From an uncultured Candidatus Saccharibacteria bacterium (GTDB lineage: Bacteria > Patescibacteriota > Dojkabacteria > CAZCSM01): a stretch of 64,000 bases of DNA. The position numbers and the translations under genes are program-made. The notes beneath the pieces were generated by a model, which had not been told where the DNA came from, made no database searches, and worked only from the letters and a program-made list of their open reading frames with translations. Below are positions 39,549-49,293 of the stretch, in pieces (the stretch's first letter is position 1; each line of letters begins with the position of its first letter). Location: the NCBI GenBank assembly GCA_964501355.1, contig CAZCSM010000003.1:1660-65659 (forward strand), given 5' to 3'.

Positions 39549-39951
39549 ACTTATCGCACCATGTGGAATTAATTGCGCATTATGTATGGCGTTACGACGA
39601 GAAAAGAATCCTTGCCGAGGATGTTTGATAGACACAGGTGAAAAGCTGACGCACATTCGAACTTGCAGAATAAAGTTTTGCGAAAATATGAATAAATCCG
39701 GTCGTAAGTTCTGTTCCAAATGCTCAAAATTTCCCTGTGCGAGAATTAGGCATCTGGATAAAAGATACCGTTCAAAATATCATTTAAGTGTTATTGAAAA
39801 TTTACAAAATATTGAAAAATTAGGTTTACGGGAATTTGTGAAGCAACAAGAAAAAGAATGGACCTGTCCTAAGTGCAGGAAAGATTTAATTTGCTGTCAT
39901 CATGGGGATTGTTTTGGTTGTGGATTTGTTAAATATGGAAAAAAAGAATAA
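39538..39951 (+). CDS. Cysteine-rich protein (DUF3795-like)
   Basis: 16 Cys in 137 aa, in CGINCALC...CRGC...CSKCSKFPC...CPKC...CCHHGDCFGCG patterns. Confidence 0.5.
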   Translation: MKTKLIAPCGINCALCMALRREKNPCRGCLIDTGEKLTHIRTCRIKFCENMNKSGRKFCSKCSKFPCARIRHLDKRYRSKYHLSVIENLQNIEKLGLREFVKQQEKEWTCPKCRKDLICCHHGDCFGCGFVKYGKKE

Positions 39952-39978
39952 ATAATATTTAATTTTAAGAATAATCTC

Positions 39979-40878
39979 ATGGATAGAACTCTTGTTGTGA
40001 TGGCTGCTGGTTTTGGAAGTCGGTATGGCGGAATTAAGCAAATGGATGGAGTTGGCCCTTCCGGTGAAACGCTTTTAGAATATGCTGTTTATGACGCAAT
40101 TGCTTCCGGATTTAATAAGGTAGTATTTATCGTTCGGCCTGATATTGATGCCGATTTCAAAGAACGAGTTTCTTCGAAATTTGAAGATAAAATAGAGGTT
40201 GTGCACGCTCATCAAACTCTGCAAAATATTCCAAAAGGCTTTGAAATTAATCCTGAAAGAACAAAACCTCTTGGAACCGGACATGCAGTTTGGTGTGCGC
40301 GAAAAGTTGTTAGCGAGCCTTTCGTTGTTATAAATGCTGATGATTTTTATGGGAGATCATCTTTTAAGAAAGTATTTGAGTATTATGAAAATCCAGAGAA
40401 TTCGAAACGTGGCTCATATTGTATGGTTGCATATAAATTGAAGAATACTCTTTCGGATCATGGTTACGTGAATCGAGGTGAATGCTTCGTAGGTGAAGAT
40501 GTCTTATTAAGTCATGTGGAGGAGCGTATTGGAATTCAAAAACATGATGACAATTTTGCGATTTATCCCGAAGACCAGAAAATTTCGTTAGAAGCTCCGG
40601 TTTCCATGAACTTCTGGGGTTTTACTTCAGACTTTTTCGAGATTGTTGAAAATCAACTAATTGATTTTTTGAATAAAAATGCAAGGGAATTAACCGCCGA
40701 ACTTTACGTTCCAGCGATTGTTTCGTCTTCTATTCAAGATAACTTGTGCTCTGTCAAAGTATTGGAAACAGATAGTAAGTGGTATGGCATGACTTATCCT
40801 GATGATCGTCCTGTTGTTGTCAATGCAATAAAAGAAATGGTTGAAAAGGGAATTTATCCTGAAAATCTTTGGAGATAA
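39979..40878 (+). CDS. Sugar-phosphate nucleotidyltransferase family protein
   Basis: The N-terminal 'VVMAAGFGSRYGG' matches the G-x-G-[ST]-R NTP-transferase signature. Confidence 0.65.
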   Translation: MDRTLVVMAAGFGSRYGGIKQMDGVGPSGETLLEYAVYDAIASGFNKVVFIVRPDIDADFKERVSSKFEDKIEVVHAHQTLQNIPKGFEINPERTKPLGTGHAVWCARKVVSEPFVVINADDFYGRSSFKKVFEYYENPENSKRGSYCMVAYKLKNTLSDHGYVNRGECFVGEDVLLSHVEERIGIQKHDDNFAIYPEDQKISLEAPVSMNFWGFTSDFFEIVENQLIDFLNKNARELTAELYVPAIVSSSIQDNLCSVKVLETDSKWYGMTYPDDRPVVVNAIKEMVEKGIYPENLWR

Positions 40879-41240
40879 AAAGAATCGAAATCGTAAGACT
40901 GTTGCTTTTAATTAACGCCTCGTTCTGGCTAATCTTCAGTCTGCTTCGAGTCTTTGTCTACTTTGATCGATTACAAACACAAGTTGTAATACAGTCTGTC
41001 GTTTTAATTATGATGTTTGGGAACGGAGCCGGATTTTTAATTCTAGCTTGGGGGCTAAAGAAATGGGCCAAACTATTTCTTAAGCTTAGCTTTATTTATG
41101 TATTAATAAACTTCGTTCTGACAATAACAGATCAAGTTGGGATTTTGGATTACATAGTTTTGATGTTAAATGCGCTGACTTTATTCTTCATTATTAAAAA
41201 TATTTCAAAAAAGGATTCTGCCAATGAACCAAAAAGTTGA
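40869..41240 (+). CDS. Small membrane protein (hypothetical)
   Basis: Three or four TM helices. It overlaps its neighbours. Confidence 0.45.
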   Translation: MEIKRIEIVRLLLLINASFWLIFSLLRVFVYFDRLQTQVVIQSVVLIMMFGNGAGFLILAWGLKKWAKLFLKLSFIYVLINFVLTITDQVGILDYIVLMLNALTLFFIIKNISKKDSANEPKS

Positions 41241-41565
41241 TTTATATCTTTCAAAATTATCTTCTCCGCAAAAAGAAATTTGTGAATATTTAAGAAAGCT
41301 GATATTCAGAATCTTCCCGAAAGTTGAAGAGTCATATAAAAACGGGGTTCCTTGGTATGAAGACAAATTTTACATCGTAGGATTACGTGACTCTGTTAAT
41401 CTTGGATTTTCTGTTTACAAATTACCGAAATCTGATTTAGAAAAGTTTTCCGGCAAAGGGAAGTATATGAGGCATTTGAAATTCAAATCTCTTGATGAGA
41501 TCGATGAAGAAAAAGTAATTAAGTTGCTGGAATTGGTTGAGGGGAAGTTTATGCCTTGTCATTAA
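41224..41565 (+). CDS. Hypothetical protein
   Basis: 113-aa ORF. Confidence 0.45.
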   Translation: MNQKVDLYLSKLSSPQKEICEYLRKLIFRIFPKVEESYKNGVPWYEDKFYIVGLRDSVNLGFSVYKLPKSDLEKFSGKGKYMRHLKFKSLDEIDEEKVIKLLELVEGKFMPCH

Positions 41566-41579
41566 AGTTTTTCATTGTA

Positions 41580-41737
41580 CTACTTTTGCAAACAAAAGTA
41601 GCCAAAATTTCTGGGACAACCTAGTTTCGACAAATAGCAATCAGATACAGATAACTACCGGAATAGGTTGGCCCAGACCCCAACGACTAACAGTCCAATA
41701 CCAAATTACAAAGGGAAGGCGGACTGTTACTTCTTTA
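41580..41737 (+). repeat. Structured intergenic element copy R2
   Basis: CTACTTTTG-CAAAC-CAAAAGTAG hairpin, CCAAAATTTCTGGGACAACC...GGTTGGCCCAGACCCCAACGACTAACAGTCC...CAAATTACAAAGGGAAGGCGGACTGTTACTTCTTTA. Confidence 0.65.
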
Positions 41738-42131
41738 AATCATATGATTCTTTTATCCATTCCGTTAATTCCTCATCTATTTCTCCTGCACTTGCAATAA
41801 ATAATTGATGTTTATAATTTGTTGCAGATAATGGTACGGTTTGCACTATTCGTGGACTTTTCAAAATTCTATCAAGGGCAAATCGTATTTCTAATTTGTC
41901 TTTCTTTGGCAACAGTGCGATAAAGTCGTAGTTTCCAAATAAGTGTATGCAGCAAGGTAATGAAATTTCTTTCACTTTTCCAATTTCGGATTCTATTATT
42001 TTTAGCAATTGTTTATAGAGGTTTGCCGCAAGCTCTTTATTTTCAAAGTGCGATTCTATTGGAACCTTTTTGCAACTATGCATCTGGTTAGCTTTATCAA
42101 AAATTCTGCCACAAGATTTACAGGTCCACAT
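41727..42131 (-). CDS. Hypothetical protein (N-terminal CxxC...HxC zinc-ribbon-like)
   Basis: 134-aa ORF starting 'MWTCKSCGRIFDKANQMHSCKK'. Confidence 0.45.
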   Translation of the reverse strand: MWTCKSCGRIFDKANQMHSCKKVPIESHFENKELAANLYKQLLKIIESEIGKVKEISLPCCIHLFGNYDFIALLPKKDKLEIRFALDRILKSPRIVQTVPLSATNYKHQLFIASAGEIDEELTEWIKESYDLKK

Positions 42132-42211
42132 GTTTTATATTCATAAAATAATTCATACATTCTTCACAAATTCAGTATAATATATATAAGTTAAAATAAT
42201 AGAAAAATCTT

Positions 42212-43204
42212 ATGTTTTTGAAAACGATACTTTCATTACTCATCATTCCTGCTTTTGCGGCAGAATCTTTTACGGTTGATGATGTTGCTCGGCACAATAC
42301 AACAAGTGATTGCTATATGATTTACGATGGGAAAGTTTACGATTTCACAACATATCTTCGTGAGCATGATGATTATTACTACGACATCGACGCATGGTGT
42401 GGTTCCGATATGACCGAAGCTTTTGAAACGAAAGATGGAAGAGGTGTTGATCATAAATCTCGAACATATTTAATGTTAGACTCATATTACGTCGGTGATT
42501 TAGTTGCTGTTGAGCCCATTATCGAAGAACCAGTTGTTAATGATTCCGAAGTTACTGAATTAACGGAAGATCACGAAGAAGAATATTCAATTGAAATCAG
42601 TGGAGAGGAACTTAAAACTTACACAATTCAAGAAATTGCGGATATGTGGGGAATTGATGCAGAAGAACTCCTTGCGGGAATTATTCAGGAATTTAGTTTG
42701 AAGTCCGATTATACCGTTAATAATGTTTTAGATTCACTTCGTGCAGAGTACAAATTCTCTCCTGCTTTGGTTAAAGATATTGCTGAAGAAATAAAGCTTG
42801 GTACGTCTGATTCCGAAGATGTTGAAGAATCTGTTGTTACAGAAGAAAAAACTACAAAAACCCAAAGTCCATACAATTTTGCAATTCCATTTTTCGGAAC
42901 ATTGTTTACCTATTTCGTGTCTGAAGTTTTAGTCCGTATCGGTAAAGATAAAAAGGATTGGAGATTTAACAAAACAACGGAGAGGTTTTTCTGGAATACG
43001 GTTTTAATTATCAGTCTTGTTCCGTCTGCTATCTTCGGTTTTTATCTGGTTCTCAGATACAGTATTCCTGTACTTAGTGATATTAATTTTGATTTCCTTT
43101 ATTGGCACGTTGAAGGATCTATTGTCTTTGGTACAGTTTGTGTAATTCATTTTATCGAGCGATTGAAAATGTATTTTGCACAATTCCGAACGTTAAAAAG
43201 GTAG
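42212..43204 (+). CDS. Membrane protein with an N-terminal cytochrome b5-like domain
   Basis: Signal peptide, then 'VARHNTTSDCYMIYDGKVYDFTTYLREH', resembling the cytochrome b5 heme/steroid-binding fold. This is followed by an acidic linker and C-terminal TM helices. Confidence 0.5.
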   Translation: MFLKTILSLLIIPAFAAESFTVDDVARHNTTSDCYMIYDGKVYDFTTYLREHDDYYYDIDAWCGSDMTEAFETKDGRGVDHKSRTYLMLDSYYVGDLVAVEPIIEEPVVNDSEVTELTEDHEEEYSIEISGEELKTYTIQEIADMWGIDAEELLAGIIQEFSLKSDYTVNNVLDSLRAEYKFSPALVKDIAEEIKLGTSDSEDVEESVVTEEKTTKTQSPYNFAIPFFGTLFTYFVSEVLVRIGKDKKDWRFNKTTERFFWNTVLIISLVPSAIFGFYLVLRYSIPVLSDINFDFLYWHVEGSIVFGTVCVIHFIERLKMYFAQFRTLKR

Positions 43205-43285
43205 CGTTATCCGGATACTTCCACTTTTACGAATAGTTCATATCTTCTTTGTAAACTGTTTCTGTAGTATTTAATCATCATTGTT

Positions 43286-44356
43286 ATGAAACTGCAGAAA
43301 TTTACAGCACTTCTCTCAACTCTCTTTCTGCTTAGTATCTTCTCGCTCTCCGTCTCTGCACAGGAATCTCCTCGAGTTGTTCGTGTTGGTATTTACGATA
43401 ATAAACCTAAGGTATATCAGGACCAAGATGGCACGGTAAAGGGATTCTTTGCTGATATTGTTAACTATGTTGCGGAACAAGAAAACTGGAACGTTGAATA
43501 TGTTTATGGTACCTGGGCTGAGGGATTATCAAGATTGGAGAATGGAGAAATTGACACTATGGTTGATGTTGCCCTTTCTGAGGAGCAGAGAGAAAAGTAT
43601 GATTTTAATAATGAAACGGTTTTGATAAATTGGGCAACTGTGTATACAAGAGAAGGTTTTGAAATTCAATCTCTCCAGGATCTGGAGGGAAAGGATATTG
43701 CGGTGATGAAGGGCGGAATTCATTATGACGGTCCCATGGGTATCAAAGTTTTGTTGGAGTCGTTTGGGATTAATGCAAATTTTATTGAGGTTGATCTTTA
43801 TGCAGATGTCTTTGAATTACTTGATAAAAAGGAGGCTGATGCGGGGGTGGTAAATAGGGTTTTTGGAGTTGCCAATGAACCGGATTACGATGTCATACGA
43901 TCAAATGTTGTCTTTAATCCAATTGAGCTTCGATTTGCTTTTACTAAGGATGATTCGGATAATAGTTTGCTTATCTCCGCTTTCGATAAGCAATTGAGGG
44001 AAATGAAGTCTGATCCTGATAGCGTTTATTATGAAAGTATTAGGACATATCTTCCAGGTTTTACCGTTAGAGTTCAGCAAGAGACACCTCTTTGGATTAT
44101 TATTACAATGATCTCACTCGCTTTCGTTTTGGCATGCCTTATTATCATTGTGATCCTCAATCAGTTTTATCAGAGAAGATTGGAAATAAGAGTTAAGGAT
44201 CGTACGGAAGAGCTAAATAAATCTACAGAAAAATATCAGAGACTTTACGAAAAGTCTCAACAGGAAATTCAGGAAATGGAAATATTGATGAAGGCCGCGG
44301 TTAATAGGGAATTGAAGATAAAGGAGCTCAAGAAGCGTTTATCTGATTTTGAATAA
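43286..44356 (+). CDS. Periplasmic-binding-protein-like (PhnD/SsuA-type) domain protein with a TM anchor and a C-terminal coiled coil
   Basis: Signal peptide. 'VVRVGIYDNKPKVYQDQDGTVKGFFADIV...GEIDTMVDVALSEEQREKYDF' resembles type-2 solute-binding folds. It has the TM segment 'WIIITMISLAFVLACLIIIVIL'. Confidence 0.5.
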   Translation: MKLQKFTALLSTLFLLSIFSLSVSAQESPRVVRVGIYDNKPKVYQDQDGTVKGFFADIVNYVAEQENWNVEYVYGTWAEGLSRLENGEIDTMVDVALSEEQREKYDFNNETVLINWATVYTREGFEIQSLQDLEGKDIAVMKGGIHYDGPMGIKVLLESFGINANFIEVDLYADVFELLDKKEADAGVVNRVFGVANEPDYDVIRSNVVFNPIELRFAFTKDDSDNSLLISAFDKQLREMKSDPDSVYYESIRTYLPGFTVRVQQETPLWIIITMISLAFVLACLIIIVILNQFYQRRLEIRVKDRTEELNKSTEKYQRLYEKSQQEIQEMEILMKAAVNRELKIKELKKRLSDFE

Positions 44357-44377
44357 TTATAGTTAAGTAGAAGTTTT

Positions 44378-44806
44378 ATGAAAGAATTTCAAAGGAAAAC
44401 ACTTATTTGGATTGTTGGAGGACAACTCATTTCTACGATTATAATTATTGCATGGGTAGTGGGTAGCGATTCTCTTCGCGAGTTTATGGGAAACATTCCT
44501 TTCTTCGGCTCTGGAATTGCTTTGGTTTTTCTTGGGGTAATAGTTGCGGTGTTGATCAAAAAATATAATGTTGCAAAACCGTTGATAATTTATCTCTCGA
44601 TGTCTGGTTATTCTGCAATTTATTTTTTACCTGCAACCGTTGCGCACAATTTTCTGGAAGTTGGCGGGGAACAACTCGGCGGGATTTTGGGAGGAATAAT
44701 GAGCTTCTTGGGAGCAACCTTTTTTCTAACTTCCGTAATAGGCGTCCCAATAGCATTGTTGGTTGGAATTATCGGCAGCCTAGTTCTGCTTTTGAGGAAG
44801 ACTTAA
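44378..44806 (+). CDS. Small integral membrane protein
   Basis: Four TM helices. Confidence 0.45.
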   Translation: MKEFQRKTLIWIVGGQLISTIIIIAWVVGSDSLREFMGNIPFFGSGIALVFLGVIVAVLIKKYNVAKPLIIYLSMSGYSAIYFLPATVAHNFLEVGGEQLGGILGGIMSFLGATFFLTSVIGVPIALLVGIIGSLVLLLRKT

Positions 44807-45141
44807 TTCGTTGTTGAAATCGACATTCCGAATTCGCAATCTGAATCTTCACATGTTATCGTAACTTCTTGTCCGATTTGCAGTGTCGCAAAGTTTACTT
44901 TTCCTCCATTCGTGTTATCAACTTCGTTCCCTAAACTGATCCAATCTGAGGTTCCTTCGACGTTTGTTAATTGGACCGAAAAGTCATGGTCTCTCTTGTT
45001 TGCAATGCTTCCTGAAATTGTTAATTGATCTGTAAGTCCTGGAAGATTCCTGGCTTCTTGAACATTTTCTTTCTCACTTGTACAAGCTGTGAGAAATACT
45101 ATGCAAAAGACAATTGTTATTATTAGCGTTAGTCTCCTCAT
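44803..45141 (-). CDS. Lipoprotein (hypothetical)
   Basis: 'IVFLTAC' lipobox-like signal. Confidence 0.5.
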   Translation of the reverse strand: MRRLTLIITIVFCIVFLTACTSEKENVQEARNLPGLTDQLTISGSIANKRDHDFSVQLTNVEGTSDWISLGNEVDNTNGGKVNFATLQIGQEVTITCEDSDCEFGMSISTTN

Positions 45142-45252
45142 ATCCTTAAATTTTAATTAATTACATATAGGATAATTCAAAAAATATCGAACTTCAACTT
45201 GACTTAATTAACACACAGTGGAATACTGTTTTTAGTAAATACTTCAAACTGC

Positions 45253-45606
45253 TTGAACCTCGTGGAAGAATTTTGGATGATTATTGGTCTAATATTGACC
45301 GGATGTGTGGTGCTTTTAACGTACTATTTTGCAGTTGTGTTAAAGGAACTCGCAGAGCGGTTGAAAGAATCGAAGTCTGTTGTTGCAAATGTTGATGAAA
45401 TTACAGTTAATGTTTTAGAAAGTCAGAGAAAAATTTCAGGTGCAGTTGAATCAATTGAAAATATTGCAACGGGAATCGAAGAATCTTTTACCGCAATTCG
45501 CGAACAATTCCTGATCCCATTCTCATACATAATGAGGATTGTTCAACAAGTTCAGGAGTATTTCGGGAATAAAAAAGAAGAATCAAAAATATCAGAAGAA
45601 GAATAA
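45253..45606 (+). CDS. DUF948-like membrane-anchored protein
   Basis: N-terminal TM plus coiled coil. It lies adjacent to YtxH-like genes, as in Firmicutes. Confidence 0.45.
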   Translation: MNLVEEFWMIIGLILTGCVVLLTYYFAVVLKELAERLKESKSVVANVDEITVNVLESQRKISGAVESIENIATGIEESFTAIREQFLIPFSYIMRIVQQVQEYFGNKKEESKISEEE

Positions 45607-45631
45607 CTTTTTAAATTTATTAAATTTCAAA

Positions 45632-45880
45632 ATGGACAGAAAAGAAGGAAAAGGTTTAATGTTAGGAGCTCTACTTGGAGGTCTTGCCGGTGCTGCTGCA
45701 GGAATTCTCTTTGCTCCAAAATCTGGAAAGAAAACAAGAGAAGATCTTAAATTAAAAGCTGAGGAATTAGCAAATAATGTTAGAACTGGTGCAAAGAAAT
45801 TCAACAAAGATAAAGTTGAACCAGTTGTAGAAAAGTTGGGTGAGAAGGTAGAAGAAGTAGGAAAGAAGATGCAAGCATAG
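45632..45880 (+). CDS. YtxH-like protein
   Basis: 'GALLGGLAGAAAGILFAPKSGKKTREDLKLKAEE' YtxH motif. The start is taken at the internal ATG. Confidence 0.6.
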   Translation: MDRKEGKGLMLGALLGGLAGAAAGILFAPKSGKKTREDLKLKAEELANNVRTGAKKFNKDKVEPVVEKLGEKVEEVGKKMQA

Positions 45881-46074
45881 GTTAAAATTTTATAACCTTG
45901 TAAATTAAGAGTTAGAGAAATCTAACTCTTTTTGTATATTCTTCTCATCAGTGGTTGAGAATTATAAACGTTGTGAGTGAGGAGTTAGACTCACAAGTCA
46001 GTACCGTCTCAAAAAGAGAATGGTTAATGGCTCCTGTGTGTTCTCAACCACAATTATTTTATTCTGAAAAGGAA

Positions 46075-46260
46075 ATGGATCAAGTTACGACAGCTCCGAG
46101 AACGGCAAGTAAGTTTTTAATTGGTGCTTTGATAGGTAGCGCGGTTGGTGCAACTGCGGGGATTCTTTTTGCACCGAGATCCGGACAAAGGACACGAGCG
46201 ATGCTTCAGGAGAAGGGGACTGAATTTACTGAAAATTTGAAGAAGAAATTTAAGAAATAG
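46075..46260 (+). CDS. YtxH-like protein (second paralog)
   Basis: 'IGALIGSAVGATAGILFAPRSGQRTRAMLQEKG'. Confidence 0.55.
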   Translation: MDQVTTAPRTASKFLIGALIGSAVGATAGILFAPRSGQRTRAMLQEKGTEFTENLKKKFKK

Positions 46261-46463
46261 AAATGGTTAACAGTTTGCTGAAATTGCGAGGATTGTGACG
46301 ATGAAGAAGATGAAAATATAATTTTGCGGAACCCTATTTTATGTCATTCTCCGGAGGGAGAATCTGACATAAAATATTCATCGTATACATTCAATTGTGT
46401 CTTATCCTCCACCTGTGGTGAGCCTGTCGAATCCATTCGGAGGATGACACAAAAGAGGATTTA

Positions 46464-47531
46464 CTATTTCCAGTAACTTTGCACCAGATCCTGATAGTGG
46501 GTAAGATTGTGAATAGTGCACAAATGTTTTCCGAGTGGCTCGTCGACATTCAGCAAGTGGCGTAAATATGCTTTTGTAAATCCGCCTTTGCATGCGTAAC
46601 AATTGCAGTTCGGATCGAGTGGCGTGAAGTCCTCTTTGTATTGTTCATTCTTCAGTCTTACAATTCCCTCCGATGTGAAGATAAAACCATGGCGTGCATT
46701 TCTTGTTGGTAGCACGCTGTCGAACACATCAATCCCTCGCTTAATCGATTCCCGAATATTCTCTGGCGTTCCAATTCCCATTAAATATCTTGGCTTATCT
46801 TCCGGCAAAATAGGATTCAAAACTTCAAGAATTCGATACATTTCTTCCGCACTTTCTCCAACTGCAAGTCCTCCAATTGCATATCCGTCAAATCCAATCG
46901 ACATAATCTGCTCAGCACTTTGCAATCGCAAATCATCATAAGTAGATCCTTGAACAATCCCCCAAAGATGTGGAGGATTTTCATCGTATTTCGTCAATTC
47001 CTCAAATTTCGATTTTGATCTTTTTGCCCACTCGTAAGTTCTTTGCATTGCTTTTTCTGCATATTTCCGCTCACATGGATTGGGTACGCATTCATCCAGA
47101 ACCATCAAAATATCGGAACCTAGTTTATACTGTATCTCAATTGATTTCTCCGGCGTCAGCAAATATTTATTTCCGTCAATGTGTGATTGAAACTCAACGC
47201 CTTCGTCTGTGATTTTCCCAAGTTTGCTTCTATGTACTAGGCTGAATGCTTGAAACCCTCCGGAATCGGTAAGCATTGGCCCTTCATGTCCTACAAACAT
47301 TTGAACACCTCCAGCCTTGTTCACGATGTCTTCTCCAGGACGAAGCATTAGGTGGTATGTATTTGAAAGGATTAATTCCAGCCCAATATCTTTGAAATCT
47401 CTTGGCGTTAAATGTTTAATTGTTGCGCGCGTTGCATCCGGTGCAAAACAAGGTGTGTGAAAATCACCTCTTCGTGTGTGGTAGATTCCGAATCTATGCG
47501 GTTGGGTTTGTTGTAATTCAAAGTTTGACAA
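46464..47531 (-). CDS. tgt: Queuine tRNA-ribosyltransferase
   Basis: 'TPCFAPDATRATIKHLTP', 'LILSNTYHLMLRPG', 'LTDSGGFQAFSL' and the zinc site 'CNCYACKGGFTKAYLRHL'. Confidence 0.95.
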   Translation of the reverse strand: MSNFELQQTQPHRFGIYHTRRGDFHTPCFAPDATRATIKHLTPRDFKDIGLELILSNTYHLMLRPGEDIVNKAGGVQMFVGHEGPMLTDSGGFQAFSLVHRSKLGKITDEGVEFQSHIDGNKYLLTPEKSIEIQYKLGSDILMVLDECVPNPCERKYAEKAMQRTYEWAKRSKSKFEELTKYDENPPHLWGIVQGSTYDDLRLQSAEQIMSIGFDGYAIGGLAVGESAEEMYRILEVLNPILPEDKPRYLMGIGTPENIRESIKRGIDVFDSVLPTRNARHGFIFTSEGIVRLKNEQYKEDFTPLDPNCNCYACKGGFTKAYLRHLLNVDEPLGKHLCTIHNLTHYQDLVQSYWK

Positions 47532-47607
47532 CTGTTTATGTATCTTATCTAAAACGTTACGATTATAGCAAAAATAGTGAGTAGTAAGTAGTGAATAGCG
47601 AGTAGTG

Positions 47608-47683
47608 TAGGGACAGGTTTGAAACCTGTCCCTACGTAAGGTGTCATTCCGGACAGCGATTTTAGGAGCGTGATCCGGAATTT
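47608..47683. repeat. Tandem palindromic repeats: a GTAGGGACAGG hairpin followed by a GTGTCATTCCGGA...TCCGGAAT element
   Basis: GTAGGGACAGGTTTGAAACCTGTCCCTAC, then GTGTCATTCCGGACAGCGATTTTAGGAGCGTGATCCGGAAT. The latter matches the reverse complement of 19081-19135. Confidence 0.7.
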
Positions 47684-47962
47684 ATTTGGAATCAGCAAGG
47701 TAAAAGGAAAAAAGATTTGCTATAATTATTAACTAAACTTTAATAATATGATAAAAGATTTTCTCCATATACGATCTAATATTGAGGAGCATTGGAATGT
47801 AATTCCCCTGACTGCGTTTGTTTGTTATATGGGTTGGATTACTGATAATCCATATATTGCGGAATGGACTCATCAAATGATCCGTTATGGAATTGAGACT
47901 TTTGGAGAAAGCGGGCCATATGGGTCATTGGAGGGTAGATGGATTGGGGATAGGGTTGAGAT

Positions 47963-48994
47963 TTAAATAATTAACATACTGTCACCATAACTTAAAAACT
48001 TGTAATTCTTCTCTTTTGCCTCTTCATACGCTTTGAACAATAAATCCTTTCCACAGAAGGCCGCTGTTAGCATTAGCACAGTAGTTTTTGGTGCGTGAAA
48101 ATTCGTTAAAAGCATATCAACAGCTTTGAATTTGTATCCCGGGTATATGAAAATCCTCGAATCTCCGGTAAATGCATTCACAGTTCCATCTTCATTTGCA
48201 ACTGTTTCAATAACTCTTGTTGCTGTTGTTCCTACAGTAAGCAGTCTTCCTCCGGCTTTTTTCACTTCATTAATTACTTCAGCATCTTGTTCTTCAATCG
48301 AGAACCACTCTGAATGAATATCGTGTTCTTCGACTTCATCTTCGGTAACCGGTGCAAATGTATCCCATCCAACGTGCAGTGTTACATAAACAATTTTCAC
48401 ACCTTTGTTTAATAATTTTTCAATTAACTCATCCGTAAAATTTAACGATGCAGTTGGAGCCGCTACGGCACCTTTTTCTCTTGCAAAAACGGTTTGATAT
48501 CTCTCGACATCTTCCGGAGTATCTTCTCTTTTTATGTATGGAGGAAGAGGCGTATGGCCAACTTGTTCAATTACTTTATCCGCTTGATCGGGAAACTTTA
48601 CAAGTCGTGGTTTGCCGTGCTCATTTTGTATTATCTCTACTTCTGTTTTTCCATCTTCGAGTACTAAATGGTGCTCATCTTGTACACGTTTTCCTCGACC
48701 AATCATTACTTCCCAAATGTGCTCGGTCGGATTGATGTTTTTGAGTAAGAAAAGTTCTACTCGTTTCTTATTATCCTTTCCGTATGCAAACAATCGTGCA
48801 GGAATAACTTTCGTATCATTGAGAACAACACAATCTCCAGGATTTAAAAATTCATCTAGATTGTAATATTTTGAATGTTCAAACTTTCCAGTTTCTCGAT
48901 TTACGACAAACAGATTTGTCGTGCCTCGAATTTCCGGAGGGTACTGTGCTATGTATTTGTCGGGCAGGTTGTAGTCGAAATCGGATACTTTCAC
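47963..48994 (-). CDS. queA: S-adenosylmethionine:tRNA ribosyltransferase-isomerase
   Basis: 'DFDYNLPDKYIAQYP', 'GDCVVLNDTKVIPARL' and the overall QueA length. Confidence 0.93.
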   Translation of the reverse strand: MKVSDFDYNLPDKYIAQYPPEIRGTTNLFVVNRETGKFEHSKYYNLDEFLNPGDCVVLNDTKVIPARLFAYGKDNKKRVELFLLKNINPTEHIWEVMIGRGKRVQDEHHLVLEDGKTEVEIIQNEHGKPRLVKFPDQADKVIEQVGHTPLPPYIKREDTPEDVERYQTVFAREKGAVAAPTASLNFTDELIEKLLNKGVKIVYVTLHVGWDTFAPVTEDEVEEHDIHSEWFSIEEQDAEVINEVKKAGGRLLTVGTTATRVIETVANEDGTVNAFTGDSRIFIYPGYKFKAVDMLLTNFHAPKTTVLMLTAAFCGKDLLFKAYEEAKEKNYKFLSYGDSMLII

Positions 48995-49093
48995 GATAAT
49001 AATTTTTTACTGTAATGATTATTCAGCTTGGATTATAACATTTTATTATCATTGCGAGGAGGGGAATCTTTTTTTAATAAATATTGAGACTAT

Positions 49094-49246
49094 GTTACTT
49101 TTTACACAAAAAGTAACCAAAAGTGCTGAAACAACATAGCGCCTCAGATAGCAACCTTGAAACAAATAACTACCGGCATACGTTGTTTCAGACTTCGACG
49201 ACTGGACAACCCAATACAAATAACAAGGGGGCTGTTACTTCTTTAC
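49094..49246 (+). repeat. Structured intergenic element copy R3, in the fmt 5' region
   Basis: GTTACTTTTT-ACAC-AAAAAGTAAC hairpin, CCAAAAGTGCTGAAACAAC...GTTGTTTCAGACTTCGACGACTGGACAACCCAATACAAATAACAAGGGGGCTGTTACTTCTTTA. Confidence 0.65.
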
Positions 49247-49293
49247 TTTTAAACTGGTATAATTCGGGCAAGTACATAACACGTATTAATAAA

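Noticed and set aside
49123-49293. N-terminal extension of the fmt ORF call (57 extra codons)
   Set aside because: The extension translates the R3 structured element. A conserved Fmt N-terminus ('KYSVVFMGTPE') begins at ATG 49294.
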